A stretch of 64,000 nt of DNA from contig JANQGX010000089.1 of NCBI GenBank assembly GCA_028282885.1, forward strand, positions 18,301 through 82,300, given 5' to 3'. Source of the stretch: SAR324 cluster bacterium. Its GTDB lineage: Bacteria; SAR324; XYD2-FULL-50-16. Of the stretch, positions 33,039-42,741 are shown piece by piece (position 1 is the first letter of the stretch; each line of letters begins with the position of its first letter). Made by a program: the position numbers and the translations under genes. The notes under the pieces were generated by a model. It saw only the letters and a list, made by a program, of their open reading frames with translations. It had not been told where the DNA came from and searched no databases.

Positions 33039-34292
33039 ATGACCGAACAAGAAACCAGCGCCGGTACGAAAACATATGAACGACCCGGTATTGTCGATCC
33101 CCAATTGATAAAACGGATCAAAACCGCTATGAAGATTGCCGCTCCCGAAAAAGATTCATATTGGGAAATAGAGCCAGTCGGTCAGGATGAGCAAAAGAAA
33201 AAGAAGATTCTGGGTATCTTCAAAAGACCGACCTTAAGCGAAGACCTCACCCGGGAACTGAGGAAGGAGGTCGTTCAGACACCGGGTAACACCCTCTCGA
33301 AGGTTAACAGGTTAAGGAAGAAGTATCCGAATGACGGCCTATTGGTTCTGTTCTCATCCATCTGCGCCTATGGCAATGCCATCAATTCGGGAAGCAAGGA
33401 AGGGGCGTTTCACAGCTTCAAATCTGCTGTTCAGGACGCTGCAATAGCCATCTACAGTGACCAGGTTTGTCTGTACAGCATGGAGATGTTTTTCAAAAAC
33501 TACTTTGCCTATCTCGACAGGTTCAGAAGATTCCAAATCGCCGTTTACGAGGAAATGGTTCAGGATCCGCAACTTGATGGTTATAAAAAAGATTTTCTCA
33601 ATGCCATACAGATTTCAGAGCAGTTGTTCGCCGAAAAAACAGGAGTCCAGAAAGTCATCAACCAGTTGAAGAAGCGCATCAAATCCTCTATGTACAATAC
33701 CAACATTGATGCCCCGTTAATCCGTGAGGCAGCACATCAAATCGTCAATGGGAAAGCTTCCGAAAAATGCAGGATGGGTACCGCCAGCGAAACCATCGCC
33801 TTTGTGCATGCCATGGCGTCCACTTTCGCCCGGGTTCCCATATTGTTCGGTGTGGTAGACAAAATACTGGGACAGCTTCCTGATCTGCACAAATCTTTTG
33901 TACTTAGAAAGATCTCTATTTCTTCCATTCGCAATTTTGTCAAGCTCAGAATGGCTGCTGCAGAGGGGGACAAGGAACTGATGTCCAGGATCAGTCAGAC
34001 CATATTCAAGGAAAACACCGCCGCCATGATCAAATTAGAGGGGCAATCGCTTTACCAGCCCTATGAAACCGATCCCTTCTTCAATATCGCCTACCTGGCC
34101 GAACTAAGCCATGGCTCACGAGGGGATTCTTACTATCAGGAATTAATCACAACAGCAGTTGATGCCATGGAAGAGGTGATCAAGCGGGACATGTCGAAAA
34201 ACAATGTCTTTACCGAAACTGCCACCAAACTGTCCCGAAAACTGAGTATTCACAAAACCCCCGACTCCGTTGAAGAGAACAGCTCAGCCTGA
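33039..34292 (+). CDS. Hypothetical helical protein
   Basis: Long ORF with GGGAGGT RBS before 33039; no recognised motif. Confidence 0.75.
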   Translation: MTEQETSAGTKTYERPGIVDPQLIKRIKTAMKIAAPEKDSYWEIEPVGQDEQKKKKILGIFKRPTLSEDLTRELRKEVVQTPGNTLSKVNRLRKKYPNDGLLVLFSSICAYGNAINSGSKEGAFHSFKSAVQDAAIAIYSDQVCLYSMEMFFKNYFAYLDRFRRFQIAVYEEMVQDPQLDGYKKDFLNAIQISEQLFAEKTGVQKVINQLKKRIKSSMYNTNIDAPLIREAAHQIVNGKASEKCRMGTASETIAFVHAMASTFARVPILFGVVDKILGQLPDLHKSFVLRKISISSIRNFVKLRMAAAEGDKELMSRISQTIFKENTAAMIKLEGQSLYQPYETDPFFNIAYLAELSHGSRGDSYYQELITTAVDAMEEVIKRDMSKNNVFTETATKLSRKLSIHKTPDSVEENSSA

Positions 34293-34403
34293 TCCCTGCA
34301 ACCGATTAAGGTTTGGGCACAGTGCAACTGAATAATGGATAAGGATGTTCTTGAGTATCATTTGAATTGAAAACGACCAACTCAACTAACCAACAGGATA
34401 ATC

Positions 34404-36125
34404 ATGGGAATCCCCGCATCAAAGTTAAACTCGGAACAAACCACCTGGTATGCCAAGATGATGATTGCCGCCATCCTGGCTGATGAAGAAGTAAGTGCAA
34501 GCGAAATTGGTTTTTTAAAACATATTGCAGATATGATTAAAGATCCGGAGGAAAAAAAAGCACTCCTCTCCATGATCAGCAACCGGGAAAAACCGGCGGT
34601 TTATGTTCCTGAAAACACATCCAAAGAACTGCTGGCCGCTGTTTATCTCGAGTTGATATCGATTATCATCTCTGACCAGGAGTTTACCAGGGAGGAGCAA
34701 CAGTTTTTAGACCGGGTGGCCAAAGTTTTTGATTTTAGCCCCAAATACAAGAATGAGCTGATGAAATGGGCGGAAAGCGGACTTCAACTGAATGAACAGA
34801 AAAGAAGACTGCTTCCCAATAATTCCCAAAATGTCAGTATCGTCGTTCCCGTTGATAAACTGAACTCTGAGCAAAAGACCTGGTATGCCAGTATGTTGGT
34901 CGCTGCAGTGATGCTGGACGGGGAGGTAGATAAATATGAGCAGGCATTCCTTAAGGTCGCTTTGAATATCGTCGAAAACAAGACAGACCGGCAAAGACTC
35001 TCCGGGCACATAAGGAATAAAATAAAACTCCCGATTACCGGTCCTCCCGACATGCCCATGAATGTGCTGATTGCGGTAATGGTGGAAATCATTCAAATCC
35101 TTGCTGTCGACGAAGCGATCAGTGTGACCGAGCATTCACATCTGCAACGACTTGCCCGCTTATGTCAGATCCCCCCGAATCAGTTTGATATAATGTTGGA
35201 ATGGTGTAATCGAAGTATCCGCTGGAAGAAGAGCAGATCATCGTTGATTGGCGATTGCTCACTGAATAGCCGGAAAACAAAAATCGGCCCGAGGATTCTT
35301 GTTGATAATCCCGATAACTCATCGATTCAGAATCGCTACTACCATTGCTTTGTTTGCGAATCCCCGGACAAATTCCCAGCTTTCTTTTTAAGACCCCTAA
35401 GCCAGGAATCCAGACAGAATATTTTTGGCATCACTACTTATCAAACGGCTGCTCCCGGTTTTGATTTCATCGATTACAACCTAGTCAATATGATCATCTG
35501 TCCCAACTGCTTTTTTGCCAGCAAGGAAAAATCGCTTTTCCGAAAGAGTCCCGCCGATAAACCACCTGAGATACTGGATGAAGCTCACTTCAGAAGGGTG
35601 TGGCTCAAAGAAATAGAAAAAAGAAGGCGTTTTTTTACCAAACCGGAAGAGATCACCAGCCTGAATCGTTCTCTGCTAACAGTGGTCAATTCCTTCAAAA
35701 TGGCCATTGAGATTGCAAAGAAACTCGGAGAACTGAAAAAGAACGATGCAATGCGTTGGGAAGTAATCCATCTGCTTATGGTACTCTCCGAAATCCTGGT
35801 CTCGAACAACAGAATGAAAGAAGGTTTACAAACCCTGAATGATGCCTGCATCAGGGCCAAATCTCTTTTTGATACAACCGTGGTTAACAGCATCTCATTT
35901 AAGTGTGCACGTCTTTTGATCCTGTTCGGACTCTATAAAGGCGAATTCAGGGTGGCTTCACCGTACCTGGAATTCCTGCGTGACCTGAAATTGAACAAAC
36001 TTGATCAATTGAATCAGAAAGATAAACAATTGCTGAATAAAGTTTTCGGGGAAATGAAGAGGGCCGTTGAGAACAGGAGCGAGTATCACAAAGATCATCT
36101 TGAAGGGTTTCATCGGTATTGTTGA
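34404..36125 (+). CDS. Tandem TerB-like domains + DUF2225-like Zn-binding/helical domain
   Basis: Two repeats KLNSEQ.TWYA.M..AA...D.EV...E..FL, then CFVC...ICPNCFFAS and a helical tail. Confidence 0.78.
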   Translation: MGIPASKLNSEQTTWYAKMMIAAILADEEVSASEIGFLKHIADMIKDPEEKKALLSMISNREKPAVYVPENTSKELLAAVYLELISIIISDQEFTREEQQFLDRVAKVFDFSPKYKNELMKWAESGLQLNEQKRRLLPNNSQNVSIVVPVDKLNSEQKTWYASMLVAAVMLDGEVDKYEQAFLKVALNIVENKTDRQRLSGHIRNKIKLPITGPPDMPMNVLIAVMVEIIQILAVDEAISVTEHSHLQRLARLCQIPPNQFDIMLEWCNRSIRWKKSRSSLIGDCSLNSRKTKIGPRILVDNPDNSSIQNRYYHCFVCESPDKFPAFFLRPLSQESRQNIFGITTYQTAAPGFDFIDYNLVNMIICPNCFFASKEKSLFRKSPADKPPEILDEAHFRRVWLKEIEKRRRFFTKPEEITSLNRSLLTVVNSFKMAIEIAKKLGELKKNDAMRWEVIHLLMVLSEILVSNNRMKEGLQTLNDACIRAKSLFDTTVVNSISFKCARLLILFGLYKGEFRVASPYLEFLRDLKLNKLDQLNQKDKQLLNKVFGEMKRAVENRSEYHKDHLEGFHRYC

Positions 36126-36205
36126 CGTTTTAACAGATCGTCTAAATTGTCTTCAGAGAAGTTGTAGCGACCGGAAGCAAAAAACAGTGTTGCTGGAGCA
36201 AATTC

Positions 36206-37876
36206 ATGAATCTCATAGATATTGAAAATTCCAGGGATCAGCAACTGTTGAAGCAATATGGCATCACTACCGAGCAGTACGATAGAATGCTGGTTGTTGT
36301 GGAACAGGCCAATGAGAGCTATTTTCGTCTCACTCCCAATCATGAACATTTTTACAAGATGTTAATGTCGGACGAAACCCTGTTGAGCTCTGAACCCGGT
36401 TTTACTCAGCTATCCGAGAATGAAAAAGAGGAATGGTGTAAAATAAAAAACACCCGGTCAGGTGATCGCGGCTTTGTTTTCCGCTGTATTATCTCTATCC
36501 TGGAATCCGTCTGCCCGAAGATCCTGGATGAGCTTGTTCGACCGCAGCTTGCCTCTTCTCAAAGCGACAATGCGACTGACCATCTGGATTTATCCAATGA
36601 AATCGATACCCTGCTGCTGGGCTGCAATATACCGGCCTGTTTCGAGTTCCTTGACAGGCTGATCCAGTACAAGACAGGAATATCTCAAGCTTTACGCAGA
36701 TCCTATTTCACCTACATACAAATACGAATTCTAAACCTCATTTCCGAATTTTTGAAAGCATTCGAAAACGAGTCAGGGGTCATGGAGACAGCATTGCTGA
36801 ACGATAAACTCCTTTCAGCCTGGTCGAACATGGGGGAAGTCATTCGCAGAATCTGCCAGCAAGCCAGTCCCGGTCACCATGACCCATTAAGCCTGAATTC
36901 GATCAATTGTCTGCGATCCATCTACATATCGTTGTTTAATGCAGCCACGAACAGGTTGACAGAGAAGGGATCTGTTCCGAAACCGTTTCTTTCGTGTCTG
37001 CCAATCATACCCGATGCCATTGATTTTTCTAACAAAAAACTGGAAAAAGAGAATGCCTGGATTCGATATCAAAAACATCGTTTCCTCTTTTTGCCTCCTC
37101 CCGGCGGGATTAGATCCGCTCTGATCAAAACCGTTTCTACCTTTACACCATCGCAGCGAATTACCTGGTTGGGGTCGCTGGGAAAATCCGAAATAAGAAC
37201 CCTGATTCAGCCCCTGGTAGCTGAAACCGCAGTCTTCGAATCTCTGGCAAGACAATGCAAGGAGAGTCCTGAAGACGATGAGCAGTCTCTTTTTTTTAAA
37301 ACCAGGGTGTGGGACGCCTTGACATATTTCTACACGGAATGTCTGGCTGGAAGTTCAACTGTCTCGGAATCCCTGCACGAATTGTTTGATCAACCAAAAG
37401 GGAGCAGATCCGGGCCTTCAGATTCCGAAGGTGAAGCCGATCTGTCAGTTATCAGAAATTTATCGTTCCTGGTCGTCGATGATTCCGAGCGGATTCGGCA
37501 GATGACGATCAAAGTGCTCCGGGAAGCCGGAATTGAGAGAATAGCCCAGGCTGCAGACGGTACGGAAGCCTGGAGGATATTGCAAAAATATGCTGTCGAT
37601 GTCGTCTTGTGCGACTGGATTATGCCCAATATGGCAGGCATAGACCTAGTCAAGAAAATGATGCGGGTTGAGCGGATCGCCCAAAAAACCACCTTTTTGA
37701 TGCTGACTACTGTGAACGTAAAAGCTTCCATTGTCGAAGCACTTAGCAGCGGCGTCAGGGGGTATCTAATCAAGCCGTTCACCCGTCATCAGCTTCTTGA
37801 AAAAGTATATTTCGCAACGCAATGGCAAAGAAAGGAGCAACAATCAAAAGCCAGGGTAGCCACTTCAGCGGTTTGA
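36206..37876 (+). CDS. Unknown N-terminal domain + CheY-like receiver (paralog B)
   Basis: Homologous to 28768..30477 (GDRG.V, NIP.CF.FL, HDP.S...IN.LRSIYISLFN). Receiver is intact. Confidence 0.85.
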   Translation: MNLIDIENSRDQQLLKQYGITTEQYDRMLVVVEQANESYFRLTPNHEHFYKMLMSDETLLSSEPGFTQLSENEKEEWCKIKNTRSGDRGFVFRCIISILESVCPKILDELVRPQLASSQSDNATDHLDLSNEIDTLLLGCNIPACFEFLDRLIQYKTGISQALRRSYFTYIQIRILNLISEFLKAFENESGVMETALLNDKLLSAWSNMGEVIRRICQQASPGHHDPLSLNSINCLRSIYISLFNAATNRLTEKGSVPKPFLSCLPIIPDAIDFSNKKLEKENAWIRYQKHRFLFLPPPGGIRSALIKTVSTFTPSQRITWLGSLGKSEIRTLIQPLVAETAVFESLARQCKESPEDDEQSLFFKTRVWDALTYFYTECLAGSSTVSESLHELFDQPKGSRSGPSDSEGEADLSVIRNLSFLVVDDSERIRQMTIKVLREAGIERIAQAADGTEAWRILQKYAVDVVLCDWIMPNMAGIDLVKKMMRVERIAQKTTFLMLTTVNVKASIVEALSSGVRGYLIKPFTRHQLLEKVYFATQWQRKEQQSKARVATSAV

Positions 37877-37910
37877 GAACTCATGTCATCAATCATATGA
37901 TCAGAAAAAC

Positions 37911-40790
37911 ATGACAAAGCGAGAGATAAAAGCAAGGAAATCTTCAGTGCCTTCAGGAATCACGGCAACGCAAAGCCGATCCACAAAACCATCCTCAGGA
38001 GAGGTGAGTGACTTGTTCCGCGAAGGATTGCAGCTTTCCGTTGAAGAAGAGACTCAACTTGCGCAGGGCCTGGAAAAAGGATTGGCATATTTCAACCAGT
38101 GGAATGAATCCCGGATGGAGCTGGCATTCGATTCCTTCGACCTCTCTATGAAAAGAGCTCTCTACGAAATCATCTATCTGCTTCATATCAACGATCCTAA
38201 ATTGGAAAACTGGAAATACAAAACCTATCAGCCATCCAACCCCAGAAACCATAATGAACAGGAGAAGACCGCCTGTCTTTATTTAAGAGACGCACCCTTC
38301 GGAGTAAAGGCAATTGACAGGATCTCTTCCGTCTTCAAGGAGGAGTTTGAGGATTATGTTCTGGAAACCTTCGGGGAACCGATTCCCACCCCACAGGATA
38401 ATTCAAATCCAGCGATTGAGGGCTTATATAGTATTGGTTCCATCGGCACCGTGGGGCATAAAAACATCGATTCTGATCTGGATCTTCAGGTCCAGTACAA
38501 CCTGGAACCCTCGGACACAAACCCTGCGGACTGGAATGATGGTCTGATACTGGAAAAACTTAAGCGTGTACTGAAAGGCTATCAACAAAAAGTGCTTAAG
38601 CAAGAGACAATTGCAAAAGAAGTGATGCCACCGGAGTCTCTGAAGAGAAAAGCTGACCGTATGGCACGACATAAGCTGAAAGCAGCCTTTCCCTTTCTGT
38701 ACCAGCAGTTGATAACCAAAGAAAGGAATATTTGTACTGAAATAAGGAGAAAAAACAGTCAGAAGCTGAAAAGGCAACTTGTTTTCGAGATAGTGAGATT
38801 GATGAGTGACACCAGTGATGGTGAGGAACTGAAAAACCGCGAAGAACTGCTGGTATCGCGAATAAAATCCATTCAAAACTATGTCACTGATAAGTTTCCG
38901 GACGCGGAAATCTACCTGTTTTCCTTTTCCAGGGAGAACCTGCAAAAAGGGAGTTTCGGATCAACGGTTGAATCAAAAGAGTCATCGGGTGGTGCTTACG
39001 AGCTTATATTGAATTATGAAACCCTGTTTCCGGGGATCTTTTTCACTCCGGTTGTACCCAGCCATTTTTTGTTTTCTCAGGACATCAACAACGCTCCTGA
39101 TCAGTTCGCGCGTCTGAATGAACAGATCAGGTTCGGGCTGTTAAAAGGCTATGACAGTGTTGCCGGTTTGATTAACGACCAGGGTCCCACTCCCGACTTA
39201 ACACCTGGGTATGTGGCAGATCATTCAGCCGCGGCATATTGGGAAGCTTTCAAGGGTTCTTCCGGCAATCTTCCCAAAGCCACCCTGAACCTGTTGCGAT
39301 TTGAAATGCTCCTGGAAGCGGATTTAAACAAAACCAATATCCAGATGGTCAAAAATCCGGACTGCATCGACGGGTTGATCCTGCCTTCCAGACCCGAACA
39401 GGAGAAAAAGCATCACAGATCCGAATTTCCCTTCCCCATAGGACCCTATCTGTTTTCAACCGACGAGACGAAAATTCCTGTTGAATATAACGATGCGGGC
39501 CAGGAGATGATCTTTCCTCCGGACAGGATGAAAGACTTTGAGGAAAAACATCCGAAATTGAAACAGGATCCCTGGTGGTTAAGATACAAATCGTTGAAAA
39601 TTGCTTATGGTCGTCCCGGATTGGTTCCGGATGTGCCGGACAGCGCCATTCCCAAGATTTCCGATACCATAGACCTTGCATTCGCCCTTCATATCCGAAT
39701 TTCCGATGTTTTTACAAAACCAGGTAATACCGGGGCTTCTTTACGTCATCGGGAACAAGTCTTAACGGATTACCTGGCGGAGGTTTTTCCGAACGACTCG
39801 CCCCAGAGACATCGACTGCATGCCACTTTTGTCGGTGATGTTAAAACCGTAAATGAGTTCGAAAAGGACCTGCGTGAAATCTTTCAAAGTAGTGTGGATC
39901 GCATACATGAGAAAGTCTCCAAACCAAACGCCGGTGAAAAAAACAAATCCAGCGATGAAGAACAGATCTGGTATCACTACTACAAGAAAAGCTTCCAGGC
40001 TCCACCCAATGTGATTCAAAAATCGATATTGAACCACCTCCAGGTTCCACGAGGAAGATTGCAGATTGGTTACAAGGCTGAAAGCGGATGGTTTTTTAAA
40101 TCTTTGCAAAAAAGCCAATCAATGAACCGCAGGTTTCAATCCTCCGTTATCGACCTTCTGCCGGACGAAATTATATTGGTGGAACACCCACATTTCCTCA
40201 GCGGATTGGTCTACTGTGTCATCAACGGATACTATGGCATCTTTAACAGGGGTCGGCTGGACGAGACGAAAACCGCAATCGAATATGACAGGCAGAACAT
40301 TAATGTGGGATCGACAAAAGACAATGAACTGGCCTTTCTGAGACCAGATCAAATTGATCGTATTATGGAAAGCATACTGGAAGCTTTTCCTGAACGCAAA
40401 GTCAGCTATCTTGACTGTATCAGCAAAGAGAGGGCGATAAACGAAGTCATGATTTTTCTGAACTTGATGAAGTTTGGTCAGCTATCCATCCTTTATCGCG
40501 ACAATTTTAATACCTATTATGCGGATCAGTTTATCTTGGCAAACTTTGAAAAAAACACCAACACCTATATCGCTTCCTATGAAAAAATGTTTAAATCCAG
40601 TGAAATAAACCTGGTGTTGAATCGGTTTTTCCTTAGCAGATCCATCAATCCGGATAAGATTTCATTGAATGCCTGGGTGAATCCCAACAGTGTTCAGACA
40701 AGTCATGCCAGTCCGCAACTCAAAGCCAAGGAAATTATGCTCGCCGACGCCTTCAGGGAAACAATCAAGGCTTTTAAACAACCCGAATGA
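37911..40790 (+). CDS. Divergent class I adenylate cyclase-like nucleotidyltransferase
   Basis: GLYSIGSIGTVGHKNIDSDLDL resembles the class I AC G.Y.MGS..S..Q...SDLDIW motif. AAAYWEAFKG...PKATLNLLRFE resembles GASLWQLYK...PYKAVLK.LLLE. Confidence 0.8.
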   Translation: MTKREIKARKSSVPSGITATQSRSTKPSSGEVSDLFREGLQLSVEEETQLAQGLEKGLAYFNQWNESRMELAFDSFDLSMKRALYEIIYLLHINDPKLENWKYKTYQPSNPRNHNEQEKTACLYLRDAPFGVKAIDRISSVFKEEFEDYVLETFGEPIPTPQDNSNPAIEGLYSIGSIGTVGHKNIDSDLDLQVQYNLEPSDTNPADWNDGLILEKLKRVLKGYQQKVLKQETIAKEVMPPESLKRKADRMARHKLKAAFPFLYQQLITKERNICTEIRRKNSQKLKRQLVFEIVRLMSDTSDGEELKNREELLVSRIKSIQNYVTDKFPDAEIYLFSFSRENLQKGSFGSTVESKESSGGAYELILNYETLFPGIFFTPVVPSHFLFSQDINNAPDQFARLNEQIRFGLLKGYDSVAGLINDQGPTPDLTPGYVADHSAAAYWEAFKGSSGNLPKATLNLLRFEMLLEADLNKTNIQMVKNPDCIDGLILPSRPEQEKKHHRSEFPFPIGPYLFSTDETKIPVEYNDAGQEMIFPPDRMKDFEEKHPKLKQDPWWLRYKSLKIAYGRPGLVPDVPDSAIPKISDTIDLAFALHIRISDVFTKPGNTGASLRHREQVLTDYLAEVFPNDSPQRHRLHATFVGDVKTVNEFEKDLREIFQSSVDRIHEKVSKPNAGEKNKSSDEEQIWYHYYKKSFQAPPNVIQKSILNHLQVPRGRLQIGYKAESGWFFKSLQKSQSMNRRFQSSVIDLLPDEIILVEHPHFLSGLVYCVINGYYGIFNRGRLDETKTAIEYDRQNINVGSTKDNELAFLRPDQIDRIMESILEAFPERKVSYLDCISKERAINEVMIFLNLMKFGQLSILYRDNFNTYYADQFILANFEKNTNTYIASYEKMFKSSEINLVLNRFFLSRSINPDKISLNAWVNPNSVQTSHASPQLKAKEIMLADAFRETIKAFKQPE

Positions 40791-40831
40791 ACGTATGATA
40801 ATCATTAACCCAAAATCACACAAAACCTGAA

Positions 40832-41297
40832 ATGAAAAAAGCCCTGTTTCAGGATCGATTGCGTCACAGGCTGGATAGCTTTTTCTCTAAAGGGGGGGAT
40901 TCTCTATCTTTCTGACGTTGCTACTGTTATCTGGCATCGTGTTTCTGGCTGTGGGGTTCGTTCGCATTGCCCTGAATACAGTTTTTCCCGATCCTTTTGA
41001 TAAGGAGCTGTGGAATCCGGGATAGATAATCTGGCGAACTGTACTGCAAGTGGTTGACATTGGCTCAATAGCGGAAGACTCGCAGTCGGCGTTTTACAAC
41101 AGAAGCATCGGTAGTTTGACCGGTCTGTTCGGTTTTGCGCTGAGTTCAACCATGCCTGCCGGGATCCGGTAACCATCGTAGAGGCCTTGGAATTTGCGAA
41201 AAAACAGAGAGGCGGGTATTTTAATCCCGATCCGGCGGATCTCTTTATTTCTAAATTTGCAGATATTGTCACGATCAAAGCGAAGTTCCCGAACTAA
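40832..41297 (+). pseudogene. Relic: CASTOR/POLLUX-like ion-channel N-terminus joined to an HD-GYP C-terminus
   Basis: MKKALFQDRLRHRLDSFFSKGG, then a frameshift at G7 (40892-40898), then FSIFLTLLLLSGIVF...NPG*(TAG 41023)IIWRTVLQVVDIGSIAEDSQSAFYNRSIGSLTGLFG. A different frame then gives DPVTIVEALEFAKKQRGGYFNPDPADLFISKFADIVTIKAKFPN* (TAA 41295-41297). Confidence 0.7.
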
Positions 41298-41337
41298 GTC
41301 AACAGGCAGATACGGAAATCGCAAGAATAGTTTTCTG

Positions 41338-42738
41338 TCAGGGAAGTTTAAATTTAATCAAAAACCGGCTTCCCTCCTCCCCTGATACGGATAGTTCACC
41401 GTTTAATTGTAGATTGACAAGGATCCTCACAAGATGCAGCCCGAAAGAATCGGTGGATTGAAGATCGATCTCACCCGGAAAGCCAATTCCGTTGTCCATG
41501 ACGATTAATTCACAATGCTCTTTGGTTTCCTTAAGACAAATCGAAAGCTCTCCGTTCCTGTTATCGGGAAATGCATATTTCAGAGCGTTTGACACCAATT
41601 CACTGATGATCAACCCCAATGGTGTAGCAGTATCCACGTCCAGGTGAACATCCTCTGTTTGCAGATCAAACGTTATCCGCTTGCTGTCTATACCATAGGT
41701 GCGAAACTGGATCTGAATCAGTTTTTCAATATAAGATTTGAATTCGATTCGGGCCAGATTGTCCGATTGATACAACTGGTCATGGATCATTGCCATCGCA
41801 TTAACCCTGTGCTGGATTTCTTTGATAATGCCTATAATTCCAGCATCCTGCAAACGATCACTTTGAAGCTGCAGAAGACTCAAAATTACCTGAAGATTAT
41901 TCTTCACCCGGTGATGAACTTCTTTCAGTAAAACCTCTTTTTCAGCCAGGGAAGCTTTGATTTTCTTTTCGGTCTCCCTGGCGTTAGAATCATCCTGAAA
42001 AACAAGGACAACTCCTGATGGTTTTTGACCTTCAAGACAAATCGGGGCACCGCTGTCTTTGATGGGGATTTCTTCCCCATTTTTGTTAATCAGGAGCGTA
42101 TGATTAGCCAAGCCGATGATCTGGCCCGTCTGCAACACTTTTCTTACCGGATTGTCAACCGGTTCCCGGGTTTCCTCGTTGATGATGATGAAAACCTCTT
42201 CCAACGGTCTTCCAAATGCCTCGGATTGTTTCCAGCCTGTCAGATTTTCTGCAATCGGATTCATGAATTTTACTCCCCCTTCGGCGTCGGTTGCGACCAC
42301 ACCATCCCCAATACTGGCAAGGGTTTTAGCCAGCCATTGCTCACTCTCTTTCAGCTTGAGTTCGATTTTGTGCTTATAGATAGCAATTTCAATGGTCGAT
42401 TGCAGTTCCTTGGTGTCGAATGGTTTGATCAGGTATCCATGGGGCTCTGTCAGCTTTACCCTCGCGATGGTCTTGTCATCCGCATAAGCAGTCAGATAGA
42501 TAATAGGCGTCTGGTACAGCCTGTTGATTTCGGCTGCGGTGTCAATACCATTCATACCTTTTCCAAGCTGAATATCCATCAGAATTATATCCGGAGACTG
42601 TTTCTGAACCAGATTCAATGCCTTCTTGCCGGTCGTAGCGACTCCGACGACGGAGTAACCCAGCAGCTCCAGTTTGTGTTTGAGATCTTCCGCAACAATG
42701 CGATTATCTTCTACAATTAATAGTCTTGATTTCGTCAT
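41338..42738 (-). CDS. REC-PAS-HisKA_2 histidine kinase
   Basis: [35 protein letters not shown] and DNGIG. Confidence 0.92.
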   Translation of the reverse strand: MTKSRLLIVEDNRIVAEDLKHKLELLGYSVVGVATTGKKALNLVQKQSPDIILMDIQLGKGMNGIDTAAEINRLYQTPIIYLTAYADDKTIARVKLTEPHGYLIKPFDTKELQSTIEIAIYKHKIELKLKESEQWLAKTLASIGDGVVATDAEGGVKFMNPIAENLTGWKQSEAFGRPLEEVFIIINEETREPVDNPVRKVLQTGQIIGLANHTLLINKNGEEIPIKDSGAPICLEGQKPSGVVLVFQDDSNARETEKKIKASLAEKEVLLKEVHHRVKNNLQVILSLLQLQSDRLQDAGIIGIIKEIQHRVNAMAMIHDQLYQSDNLARIEFKSYIEKLIQIQFRTYGIDSKRITFDLQTEDVHLDVDTATPLGLIISELVSNALKYAFPDNRNGELSICLKETKEHCELIVMDNGIGFPGEIDLQSTDSFGLHLVRILVNLQLNGELSVSGEEGSRFLIKFKLP

Positions 42739-42741
42739 AAA

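Noticed and set aside
37911-40790. CBASS/CD-NTase anti-phage system
   Set aside because: Motifs and length fit class I adenylate cyclase. No Cap2/Cap3, SAVED, patatin or nuclease effector was recognised.
40892-40898. Phase-variable G7 tract
   Set aside because: The gene also has an in-frame TAG and an apparent large deletion, so slippage alone would not restore it.
40904-41385. Track ORFs 40904..41278(-), 41094..41324(-) and 41194..41385(+)
   Set aside because: No RBS or recognisable motifs; the region is better explained by the plus-strand pseudogene.
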